Source of the DNA: Promethearchaeota archaeon | GTDB lineage: Archaea; Asgardarchaeota; Odinarchaeia; Odinarchaeales; JBHLKK01 | Assembly: GCA_048939465.1 (NCBI GenBank) | Contig: JBHLPL010000060.1 | Span: 1 to 12,004 of the forward strand | Direction: 5' to 3' | Length of the DNA stretch: 12,004 bases | In this document: in pieces, positions 1 through 8,209 of the stretch | Layout: the number at the start of each line of letters is the position of its first letter | Numbering within the stretch: position 1 is the first letter of the stretch | Notes under the pieces: model-generated | Told to the model about the DNA's origin: nothing | What the model saw: the letters and a program-made list of their open reading frames with translations, nothing else | Databases searched by the model: none | Translations under genes and position numbers: made by a program

Positions 1-1545
1 TCCGAGTATATCATCGGCAACCACCTCTGCTTTTTTCTCTAAATGTGTAACAGTTATCACTTTCTTATCCGTACCTACCTGACTGGCAGCATCCCTTACT
101 GTTAAAATGATCGTGTAATCTGTTGCCTCGTTTGGTATCCCTGTGAATCGGCGGCAGACAATAGGTCCCTCATCTGTTCCTATCTCCATTGTGCCTTGCT
201 TAAAGCTCCACTCGTAAGAGACAATTGTTTCATCCTGGGATGCTGTAAAGGTTATTTCTTGACCACTAAGAAACTCGTCTAATGAGGGGGAGTAAGTAAA
301 AGAGGCAACCGGTAGAGCACTCTCGACAGAACCAACTGCATAAAGCTTCTTTTTGCCTCCTATATAGAGAGTCCCATCTTGACCAAGTGAAAGAGGACCG
401 CTTCGCGAACTGCCTAAATTGTAAGACCAAAGTAGTTGTAACTGCTGGTTAAAGGCTCTTACTGTATTATCAATCAAAAGATAAAGCGTTTCTGTTGCAT
501 CCACTAATAATGGCGACGCTCCGCTGTATTGGTAATAACCTTCTGAACTCCTCCAGTTATTTCCTTGTGAATCAAAACCATGAATCTGAGTTTTCCATAC
601 ATCCCAGGAAGCATATGTGCGGAGAATATAAATATCCCCGCTCGAACCGAAGACAGGCAATTCTTGGTAGAATGCACTACATGATTCCCATTTGTCCTCT
701 TCGGGGTTATTAGGATCAACAGCATGAAAGCAAGGGTACCACCATCCTGACTTCTCGGAATATTTCTCTGCCCATACTCTTACATAGATTGCTCCATCAT
801 CAGCAATCGAGGGAGTTCCCACTTCACCTCCGAAACTTCTCTGCCACATTAGGGCCCCATCCGCATTTAGGGTGAAAAGGGTGTTCCCGTAACCAAAATA
901 GATAGCCCCATTCTCAGCGATTGTAAGATCAGTGTGGTGACCGATTATTGGACAGACCCAGAGAACTTGACCTTCATCATCTATGGCATATAAACCCCAA
1001 TCCGAAGGCTGTTCAGGTATTCCCGCAAGAAAATATACTATACCATCTTCGGAAACAACAAGGTTTTGCTGAGCAGAAGCTGAAAAACCAGTCTTTGACC
1101 ATTTCAAGCTTCCGTTATTGCTATCGATCGCTAGTAATCCTCCACAAGCAACATACACGGTATTGCCTGGTTCCCAAAGAGTCGGCATACTAGAAATCCC
1201 ACCTGCTGGATAGAACCACTTTTGATTACCTTCTTTAGTGAAGGCCCAAAGGCCCTCTTTAGTTTGGCCTTCTTTTGTTATTTTGGCCGCTAAATACAGC
1301 GTGCCATCTGAGCCGATAACTGGGGTGCCAAAGTAATCGTCAGCGCTATCACCTTCGAGAAGAACTTGCACCTGTGTGTTGGGATCGTTTAAAACCTGTG
1401 GACCTGCGAAAGGACTCCTACCTGTGTGCCGAGCATCATGCTGAAACATCGGCCAAGGACTTTCCGCCACGGCAGATTCTGGGACCGCAATCAGAAGAAT
1501 CCCAGTAAGGCATGTGGTCAAGACAACTGTATATTTTGTGCCCAC
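1..1545 (-). CDS. Secreted/surface protein: signal peptide + PQQ-like (BamB-type) beta-propeller + PKD domain; 3' end runs off the left edge (>=515 codons)
   Basis: Manual translation of the minus strand has no stop from GTG at 1545 to position 1, and an in-frame TAG lies 8 codons upstream. N-terminus MGTKYTVVLTTCLTGILLIAVPESAVA-ESPWPMFQHDARHTG (hydrophobic core, AVA site, WPMFQHD..HTG propeller lead-in). Repeats PVIGSDGTLY, PSIADDGAIY, PLSLGQDGTLY, GNQKW, GSLKW. PKD-like LPVASFTYSP...GQEITFTA...IVSYEWSF...YTIILTVRD. Absent from the ORF track because it is open at the edge. Confidence 0.88.
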   Translation of the reverse strand, partial: MGTKYTVVLTTCLTGILLIAVPESAVAESPWPMFQHDARHTGRSPFAGPQVLNDPNTQVQVLLEGDSADDYFGTPVIGSDGTLYLAAKITKEGQTKEGLWAFTKEGNQKWFYPAGGISSMPTLWEPGNTVYVACGGLLAIDSNNGSLKWSKTGFSASAQQNLVVSEDGIVYFLAGIPEQPSDWGLYAIDDEGQVLWVCPIIGHHTDLTIAENGAIYFGYGNTLFTLNADGALMWQRSFGGEVGTPSIADDGAIYVRVWAEKYSEKSGWWYPCFHAVDPNNPEEDKWESCSAFYQELPVFGSSGDIYILRTYASWDVWKTQIHGFDSQGNNWRSSEGYYQYSGASPLLVDATETLYLLIDNTVRAFNQQLQLLWSYNLGSSRSGPLSLGQDGTLYIGGKKKLYAVGSVESALPVASFTYSPSLDEFLSGQEITFTASQDETIVSYEWSFKQGTMEIGTDEGPIVCRRFTGIPNEATDYTIILTVRDAASQVGTDKKVITVTHLEKKAEVVADDILG

Positions 1546-1613
1546 CTCCGCACCGTCCTTTCCAATCTATTCTGGTAACCAAACTAAGTGATAGATACCT
1601 TTGGGAACGGTCT

Positions 1614-1741
1614 AATGCGGAAGGGTGCAAAATAAAAGGGACACCGCCGCATTGTGCTCACGCTAGGTTCGCCAGAACCCGACAGCAACACAAGCAGACG
1701 GCGCCCCATATCGGGGCACCGCCCTTTGTGCATCTGCTGTC
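1614..1741 (-). other. Structured GC-rich non-coding segment (three consecutive hairpins) upstream of the propeller/PKD gene; candidate cis-regulatory RNA
   Basis: Stems (+ coordinates): 1681-1687/1735-1741, 1688-1693/1726-1731, 1697-1707/1713-1723; 1666-1670/1675-1679; 1614-1620/1647-1653 with inner 1624-1628/1641-1645. Several pairs are G-U on the minus strand but A-C mismatches on the plus strand. No match to a family I recognise. Confidence 0.5.
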
Positions 1742-2160
1742 ACGTTAAACTGGCGATTTAGCGCGAAATACCAAAGGCTAGTGCTATTTACTTAGCTTTC
1801 AAACGCGGCCTTCTCAGCCGCAAAATCCTCTAAATTAATCCTCCCACTCATTGCTTTTTGGAAAACGTATTTTACCAAAATTTTAGAGCTGTTGCCAGAG
1901 AAAATTGCATCACCGTGGATTTTTCATATCCCTTGCGGAGAAATAAAGCTGCCATTCGAATGCTACAAGTGACTTAGTAGTAAAAACTTACGCTTTCTTA
2001 GCTTTGCTTGTAACCCCACTTAATACTACAAAATGGTAGGGCATTTTGCAGGAATAAGAAGAATTCCTCTCTTTTTTATTTCGGCACAGGTTTTAAGCTT
2101 AATTAAAGCTGGTATAAGTCAAAAGCCCTGAGTTGTTTATCCTCGAGGTGCTTTGTGGAT

Positions 2161-2188
2161 TTGACAGGGTTTCTTGGCGCGTTACAAT
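2161..2188 (+). promoter_or_regulatory. Sigma70-type promoter for the recombinase
   Basis: TTGACA (2161-2166) - 16 nt - TACAAT (2183-2188), 45 nt upstream of ATG 2234. Confidence 0.65.
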
Positions 2189-2233
2189 GCGCGCGAAGGT
2201 CGATATCATTCCTACTAATTACCTTACTCACTT

Positions 2234-3868
2234 ATGCAAAAAGCCCTCATCTACTGCCGGGTCTCCACAGAAGAACAGGCCAATAAAGGCTTGTCTTTGG
2301 ACGCCCAAGAGAAGGCATGTTCTAAAGCTGCAAAAGAAGCAGGCCATACTTCAGTAGAAGTAGTGAGGGACGAAGGAAAAAGTGCCGGAAACTTAAATAG
2401 GCCTGGTCTTCAAAAAATACTTAAGCTATGTGAAGAAAGAAAGGTCAAAGCAATCTATATGATTCATAGCGATAGACTAGCCAGAAATACTGAAGATCAC
2501 CTAAAGCTTCGCAGGCTTTTTCAGGAAAATGCGATCAAAGTCGTCTATGTATTTCAACCCAACCTCAGCGACAATTCTGCCTTTGGCAAAACGATGGATA
2601 CGGTCATGGCTGCCTTTAATGAAATGCAACGATTAGTTATATCTGAGAAAACCAAATCTGCTCTTCTGGAAAAGGTCAAAGAAGGTTGGTTTCCCGGCAC
2701 AGCTCCCTTAGGGTATATGAACGTCGATAATAAGAATCCAAATAATGGCGAGATAAGCAAAAGGATAATCACAGTTGACCCTGAAGTAGCTCCTTTTATT
2801 AAGGAGATGTTTGAACTCTACGCTACCGGACACTATTCCGTTGAAGAGCTGATTAATATAATGCATGCAAGAGGCTTAAGATCGAGAAGAAACAAAAAGC
2901 TACACCCAAGTAAAGTGTTCGATACTTTAAAAAACCCCATCTATGTTGGGGAGCTTCATTGGGGCGGCATCGTTATAAGAAAAGCAAAACATCAACCCAT
3001 AGTTCCTAGGGACATATTTGAAAGGGTGCAACTAATAATGGCTGGCCATAACAACTATGCCTGCCGAAAAAGAAAGCATCAGTTCCTTTTGAGGGGCTTT
3101 TTGTATTGCTCTTGCAAAAGAAGGATGACAGCAGAATGGCATGTCAAGAAAAGTGGATTAAAGTATGCATACTATCATTGTATACAAGGGCGTGACTGTA
3201 GCCACTCAAGATACATAAACATTCAGGATATTGAGCAGGAAGTCGAAAACAAATTTAAGGACATCAAGTTCAGCCCCGAATTTATAAGTCAGGTCACTCA
3301 AGAACTTCAAAAAATCTACCAAGACCACAAGAAGAAGGTTCAGTGTAGCCGCAGAAGGCTATACAACAAAAAAACCGCTGTTGAACAACAGCGGGAAACA
3401 GCCGAGAGAAAACTCCTGAAGGGTGTAATATTAGACGAGGATTTTGTCAGAATAAGAGACGAACTGAAAAATGATTTGGATGACATCGAAGATGAACTTT
3501 CTAAGCTTGAGGAACAACGCAAGATAAAGATCGAAGAGTTTAGAAAAATACTGAAATTCACTCGTAATATTTACAGAGCCTACAAAGAAGAACCTGCTTT
3601 TGAAATTAAGAGACGCTATCTTTCATTCTTTTGGGAAAAATTTGAGGTTGAAGGTAACAGGATAGCCAAAGCAGTACCTTCTCTCTTGTTCAGAGAGCTT
3701 CTAGACTGTCAGAGAGTTCTAATAAGCTCAAAATGGGGTCAGCGACCAGAGATTATTATAACCGGATTAGCAAAAAAGCTAATCAAGAAGGAATATGTTG
3801 ATGAGTTATCACGCCTATGGGACATGTTGAAGCTATTTAAAGGAATCAGTCCCATCTCTTTGAGCTGA
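2234..3868 (+). CDS. Large serine recombinase/integrase (resolvase catalytic + recombinase + zinc-ribbon + coiled-coil), 544 aa
   Basis: YCRVSTEEQ (catalytic Ser), SLDAQ, DEGKSA..RPGL, DRLARN; NPIYVG; zinc ribbon LLRGFLYCSCKRRM...YYHC...C followed by a coiled coil. An in-frame TAA at 2216-2218 fixes the start at 2234. Confidence 0.95.
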   Translation: MQKALIYCRVSTEEQANKGLSLDAQEKACSKAAKEAGHTSVEVVRDEGKSAGNLNRPGLQKILKLCEERKVKAIYMIHSDRLARNTEDHLKLRRLFQENAIKVVYVFQPNLSDNSAFGKTMDTVMAAFNEMQRLVISEKTKSALLEKVKEGWFPGTAPLGYMNVDNKNPNNGEISKRIITVDPEVAPFIKEMFELYATGHYSVEELINIMHARGLRSRRNKKLHPSKVFDTLKNPIYVGELHWGGIVIRKAKHQPIVPRDIFERVQLIMAGHNNYACRKRKHQFLLRGFLYCSCKRRMTAEWHVKKSGLKYAYYHCIQGRDCSHSRYINIQDIEQEVENKFKDIKFSPEFISQVTQELQKIYQDHKKKVQCSRRRLYNKKTAVEQQRETAERKLLKGVILDEDFVRIRDELKNDLDDIEDELSKLEEQRKIKIEEFRKILKFTRNIYRAYKEEPAFEIKRRYLSFFWEKFEVEGNRIAKAVPSLLFRELLDCQRVLISSKWGQRPEIIITGLAKKLIKKEYVDELSRLWDMLKLFKGISPISLS

Positions 3869-4015
3869 TGTTCGAGAAACGCTCTTTCCCACCGATTTTG
3901 CATGTTTTCTGGATAGTAGCTGTTGCCAAAGTATTTCCGCAAATTGCCTAGCGGCTCTTTTCGTTAATTGGGTTTCTCTTGGCTTAGGTTGTTTTTTGTC
4001 AATCTCATTATCCAT
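3833..4015 (-). CDS. Small hypothetical protein (60 aa), convergent with and overlapping the recombinase 3' end
   Basis: AAAGGA 9 nt before the ATG; charged N-terminus followed by an amphipathic helix KRAARQFAEILWQQLLSRK. No recognised family. Confidence 0.45.
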   Translation of the reverse strand: MDNEIDKKQPKPRETQLTKRAARQFAEILWQQLLSRKHAKSVGKSVSRTSAQRDGTDSFK

Positions 4016-4156
4016 GACAATATTTCCTTTACTTGCCCTTCTTCTAGTCTAGTAAAGGTAGAATGCTGAGAAAAGAAGGGAAATATTGACGGAAAAGTCA
4101 AAATGTCATATATGCTGGGACGGAAAAGGAACATTATTTCATACTCCAAAAATTTG

Positions 4157-4184
4157 TTGAAACGCCCTTGTAAATGAGTAAAAT
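4157..4184 (+). promoter_or_regulatory. Putative sigma70 promoter for sir2-herA
   Basis: TTGAAA (4157-4162) - 16 nt - TAAAAT (4179-4184); SD AAAGGA at 4217-4222, 8 nt before ATG 4231. Weaker alternative TTGACG-N17-TATATG at 4086-4114. Confidence 0.5.
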
Positions 4185-4230
4185 GTTGTTTGTTTTTGAT
4201 GGGGTGTTACATCTGTAAAGGACCTAAACA

Positions 4231-5562
4231 ATGGGAGAATGGCATAGTCACATTTGCAGAATAGCTAACTTTGAATATGATGAAAATGAACCGCCTAGCG
4301 ACGAGCATCCTGACAGAAAATCGCCAACCAAATGTCGTCAATCTATCGAACCTTGGTTATCTGCTGTTTTCCAGAGTGAACATTTGTCTCTACTTGTTGG
4401 AAATGGTTTGACAAGAGCAGTTTGTGAGGCTGCCAAAGTAACCCCAGTGGATATGGCCCCTGCCTCTGTTGGGTCCTCCTTTGCCGCAAAAATAGATGAT
4501 TATGCAAAAGAGTCAGCCATGGCGTCTGGTCGCGGCGACCCAAATATCGAAGACCAGATCAGGGCGGTCATTACATTAGCAAATGGACTGACCGTCTTAA
4601 AGGACAAGCGGGAACAAGAGTGTAGATCTGAGGTAAATTCTCTTATCTTCGGTCTTTTGAAAAATATCTTATCAACCGAAGAAGGTTTGATAAAGGAATT
4701 CTCCTCCCAAATCGAAGAAGGGACACTTGCTAAAAACTTGGTTTGTTCATTTCTTCTTAGCTTTGCAAGCCGGACTCCTACAAGAGAAAGGCTTAATATT
4801 TTCTCAACAAATTACGACCGATTGGTAGAGTACGCTTGTGATTGGATTGGCCTGCACATTATAGACCGCTTTATTGGTTCCCTATCACCGATATTTAGGG
4901 CATCGAGGTATGATGTGGATATACATTATAACCCACCCGGTATCCGCGGTGAACCAAGATATCTGGAAGGCGTGGTCAAACTAACAAAACTACATGGGTC
5001 TATTGATTGGCGATATCAGGAAAATGACCTAAGACGCGTGGCTTTGCCGTTCGGCGCTCCTTCATCGCACCCTCAAATTCCTAAGGTACCAAGCGATTCA
5101 GTAATCATTTATCCAAATCCAGCAAAGGATATGGAAACCGCCCAATACCCCTATTCAGAGTTATTCAGGGATTTTTCAGCCGCATTATGTCGACCAAATT
5201 CGGCACTCATAACTTATGGGTATGGTTTTGGTGACGCACATATAAATAGAGTGATTCGTGATATGTTATCTCTTCCTTCGACACATTTAGTTATAATTTC
5301 GTTTGATGACACTTCGAAGAGAATATCCAAATTCTACAATGACATCGGCCGTGCAGCCCAAACATCATTGCTTATCGGAAAACATTTTGGAGACCTAAAA
5401 ACTCTTGTTGAATATTATCTCCCCAAACCAGCCATTGACAGAATCTCGATACGAGAAGCCAGACTAAAATTTAACCGTACCGGTCAAGCGACTCCGGAAC
5501 AACCACAGGAGCATGGACTAGCCGGTTCAACAAGTAGCAATACTCCAGAGGGGAATGGCTGA
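4231..5562 (+). CDS. SIR2-family (SIR2_2-type) NADase effector of a Sir2-HerA defence system, 443 aa
   Basis: LSLLVGNG, IFSTNYD, KLHGSIDW, IIYP...K, LITYGYGFGDAHIN motifs; stop overlaps the HerA start (TGATG, 5560-5564). Confidence 0.9.
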   Translation: MGEWHSHICRIANFEYDENEPPSDEHPDRKSPTKCRQSIEPWLSAVFQSEHLSLLVGNGLTRAVCEAAKVTPVDMAPASVGSSFAAKIDDYAKESAMASGRGDPNIEDQIRAVITLANGLTVLKDKREQECRSEVNSLIFGLLKNILSTEEGLIKEFSSQIEEGTLAKNLVCSFLLSFASRTPTRERLNIFSTNYDRLVEYACDWIGLHIIDRFIGSLSPIFRASRYDVDIHYNPPGIRGEPRYLEGVVKLTKLHGSIDWRYQENDLRRVALPFGAPSSHPQIPKVPSDSVIIYPNPAKDMETAQYPYSELFRDFSAALCRPNSALITYGYGFGDAHINRVIRDMLSLPSTHLVIISFDDTSKRISKFYNDIGRAAQTSLLIGKHFGDLKTLVEYYLPKPAIDRISIREARLKFNRTGQATPEQPQEHGLAGSTSSNTPEGNG

Positions 5563-7703
5563 TGGATAATCCATTCAAGAATATAATTGAAGATGTATCT
5601 TCATTAACTATTGGTCAGGTCGAATCAGTTTCACCGAACGAAATAAAAGTTCTCTTGGAACCACAAGCTCCCCAAGCAACGTCTCTGAATACTGGCATAC
5701 CCTCAGGATTTCCACGCATAAATAACTATTTACTAATACCTAACGAAGTTGGCGCAGTTGTTGGGTTGATAGTTTGGGTTGGCATCGAGAGATCTAAGTA
5801 CCCTCAGCGACCAGGTATGGTCAAGGATTTCGGCCTTGTTGATTTGCCATATCCTTTGCGAAAACTTGCCATAGTACCATTAGGTACTCTTGTGGCAGAA
5901 AACATACAAGACGCCCCTAATCATTTTAGGTTAAAGCGAGGAGTTACCGTCTTCCCATCTGTCGGCGATTCGGTTCTTCTACCAACCAACGAGCAACTCA
6001 AGGCAATTATCCAAGCACCTGATAAAGAGGACCAGAGACTAGGTGTTGGGATATCACCCTTAGCGGGCAATGCCAAAATAACTGTCGACCCAGATAAGCT
6101 TTTCGGTCGGCACCTTGCGGTCCTTGGTAATACCGGCAGCGGCAAATCGTGTTCTGTAGCTGGATTGATTCGATGGTCCCTTCAAAGCTCAACAAAAACT
6201 AATAGAAAGCCAAACGCACGATTCATTATTCTAGATCCAAACGGGGAATATTCAAAAAGTTTTTCTGACCTTGGTGCAAGGATATTCCGAGTTTCACCAA
6301 CAAATAAAGAAGAACCACTCAGGGTACCTGCGTGGATGTGGAATAGTCATGAGTGGTCTGCTTTCTGCCAAGCTGCTCCGCGAATGCAACGCCCATTGTT
6401 ACAACAGGCACTCAGAGAAGTTAAGGAAGGACAGAGAACCGCTGAATCCCTTGAAAGAACCATTGCACGTTCGTTTCGGACTTTTTATAGAACTCTGATT
6501 GCTGACCGTTCAGATAGCAGCAGATATATGGAAAAACCAGGCAAGAACGACTTCGGGCAGAAGCTTCAAGCATTTGCCGAAAGTGCCGTTTACTATGCTC
6601 AGCAAATAACGGAAAATAAGAAATCTGCACTTGAAACTGTTGCGAATACAATCAAAGCGGTAGCCGCCAAGAGATACAAAACTTTTGTAGATGATAGAAC
6701 AAAACAAACAGTCGAATACTATCAAGCTTTCAACGACGAAGATGTTGATGCAGTTATTGATATCATTGATAAATACCTTGAAGGGGCAGGTGTTTCTCAT
6801 TCTGACCTATCTGTCAGTGAAGATGCTCCTATTCCATTTGATGGCCAAGAACTTGCTGATCATATTGAGCAATTAGGCACACAACAAGGTAGCATCCAAT
6901 ACTTGGATACCCTTATTTTGAGAATAAGGATGATGATGGCTGACGGCCGTCTCGGCCCTGTTGTAAAGAGGTACAGCGATATAACGCTTGAGAATTGGTT
7001 AGAGAAATACATCGGATCGGATGCTGCATCCAATGGTCCTATTGCTGTTTTGGACTTGTCTTTGATACCTTCAGAGGTCATCCATACCATAATAGCTGTT
7101 ATCGCACGAATTGTATTTGAGGCTACTCAGCGATACAAAAGAATCAACGGAGCATCTCTACCAACGGTATTAGTTCTCGAAGAGGCGCACACATTTGTAC
7201 GAAGGGGAGGTGATAGCGAAGAACAAGAGATATTGTCTCCTGCTCAGATGTGCCGACAAACATTTGAAAGGATTGCACGAGAGGGCAGGAAATTCGGACT
7301 TGGTCTCGTTTTGTCGTCACAACGACCATCTGAGCTATCGCCTACTGTCTTAGCACAGTGTAACACGTTCTTACTTCACAGAATAGTAAATGACCGAGAC
7401 CAAGAGCTCGTAAGCAAATTAGTACCCGATAATCTTGGTGGCTTACTAAAAGAGTTACCAAGTCTTCCTTCGAGGAGAGCCATCCTATTAGGGTGGGCTT
7501 GTTCGCTACCAACTTTAGTAGACATTCATGAATTGTCGATAGAACAGCGTCCAAAATCTGAGGACCCCGACTTCTGGGATGTCTGGACGGGAACGAAAGA
7601 CAGACCGATTAATTGGAAGAAAATCGCTGATGAGTGGACAAAGAATCAGGGACAAAGTGATTCAAGTGTTGGTCCTTCAACACCTACGCGACCTTCTAAC
7701 TAA
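5562..7703 (+). CDS. herA: HerA/DUF87-family FtsK-like ATPase, 713 aa; partner of Sir2
   Basis: N-terminal HAS-barrel-like region (IGQVESV...), Walker A GNTGSGKS, IILDPNGEY, Walker B LVLEEAH, IAREGRKFG, SQRPSEL, QCNT..LHR. Confidence 0.92.
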   Translation: MDNPFKNIIEDVSSLTIGQVESVSPNEIKVLLEPQAPQATSLNTGIPSGFPRINNYLLIPNEVGAVVGLIVWVGIERSKYPQRPGMVKDFGLVDLPYPLRKLAIVPLGTLVAENIQDAPNHFRLKRGVTVFPSVGDSVLLPTNEQLKAIIQAPDKEDQRLGVGISPLAGNAKITVDPDKLFGRHLAVLGNTGSGKSCSVAGLIRWSLQSSTKTNRKPNARFIILDPNGEYSKSFSDLGARIFRVSPTNKEEPLRVPAWMWNSHEWSAFCQAAPRMQRPLLQQALREVKEGQRTAESLERTIARSFRTFYRTLIADRSDSSRYMEKPGKNDFGQKLQAFAESAVYYAQQITENKKSALETVANTIKAVAAKRYKTFVDDRTKQTVEYYQAFNDEDVDAVIDIIDKYLEGAGVSHSDLSVSEDAPIPFDGQELADHIEQLGTQQGSIQYLDTLILRIRMMMADGRLGPVVKRYSDITLENWLEKYIGSDAASNGPIAVLDLSLIPSEVIHTIIAVIARIVFEATQRYKRINGASLPTVLVLEEAHTFVRRGGDSEEQEILSPAQMCRQTFERIAREGRKFGLGLVLSSQRPSELSPTVLAQCNTFLLHRIVNDRDQELVSKLVPDNLGGLLKELPSLPSRRAILLGWACSLPTLVDIHELSIEQRPKSEDPDFWDVWTGTKDRPINWKKIADEWTKNQGQSDSSVGPSTPTRPSN

Positions 7704-7873
7704 AGGAATCATTTAGTTTTAGTAACACCATACCCCTCTATCCTTAATGAATAACCAGACTTATAGTAATATTTCTTAACGATAGTGCAGTTATTTGAAG
7801 AAAGGACACTCCAAAGATCATAGCTACATGAAATAGTTACAGTTTCATGTCATCTCATCATGTGAGTGCAATG

Positions 7874-7906
7874 AAAAAAGGAAGCAGATTTTACGCTTCC
7901 TTTTTT
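7874..7906. terminator. Probably bidirectional intrinsic terminator between convergent herA and the minus-strand operon
   Basis: AAAAAA-GGAAGC-(9 nt)-GCTTCC-TTTTTT; T6 tract on both strands. Confidence 0.75.
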
Positions 7907-7914
7907 ACAAAGAA

Positions 7915-8209
7915 CAAATTCCCTCTCCAAGCCTTGCACGGCTCACCATACTCACAGTCCCCGCCCATAAAGCTTGACCTCAGGAAAAAACACCTTCGTC
8001 CTGATTCCTTTCAGAACCTGTCTGGCACGGTGAAAGAACCTCGTATAATCCAATTTTTCCCCATCTACCTCAAGTGTGATGATTCTTGGTCTCTTTGTCT
8101 TTATAAGATTAACCAGCTTCAAAAGTCCTGGGCTTTTTTGGTACAGTATCTGGTAGGCATAGCTGTAAGTAATTAATTGTAGGTGATTGACCATGCCACT
8201 TCGGTTCAT
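7915..8209 (-). pseudogene. 5'-truncated, frameshifted remnant of a Cas4/RecB-like PD-(D/E)XK nuclease gene
   Basis: 50/76 aa identical to the C-terminal part of the 11628..>12004 protein up to VFFP. Extra base at 7981 shifts the frame (early TGA 7952-7954); first Cys of the C-x2-C-x5-C motif is Gly; the original TAG is TTG; catalytic D...ExK region absent. Confidence 0.85.

Larger units (their letters stand above)
7874..8209. repeat. Direct repeat copy A (336 bp): 3' part of the PD-(D/E)XK gene + terminator
   Basis: Manual alignment to 11588-11921 gives about 247/336 matches (~73%) with two single-base gaps. Confidence 0.9.

Noticed and set aside
1661-1680. GGTTCG resembling a tRNA T-loop
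   Set aside because: No T-stem, acceptor stem or cloverleaf around it.
1610-1750. Integron attC-like site (GTTTAAC at 1744-1750 and ATTAGAC at 1610-1616 on the minus strand, 141 bp span)
   Set aside because: R' lacks the invariant GTT, the interior folds as three hairpins rather than one long stem, the wobble pairs favour the wrong strand for a bottom-strand attC, and no tyrosine integron integrase is in view.
1792-2040. Possible decayed minus-strand ORF ending ...FAAEKAAFES*
   Set aside because: Needs a frameshift and stop read-through to extend, and shows no recognisable motif.
3733-3756. tRNA-3'-end-like att site inside the recombinase C-terminus (reverse complement ends in CCCA)
   Set aside because: T-loop consensus positions do not fit and no second copy exists in the window.
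4036-4080. CCCTTCTT-N29-AAGAAGGG inverted repeat as a serine-integrase att site
   Set aside because: Symmetry centres on one base rather than a dinucleotide, the arms are low complexity, and no partner half-site was found.
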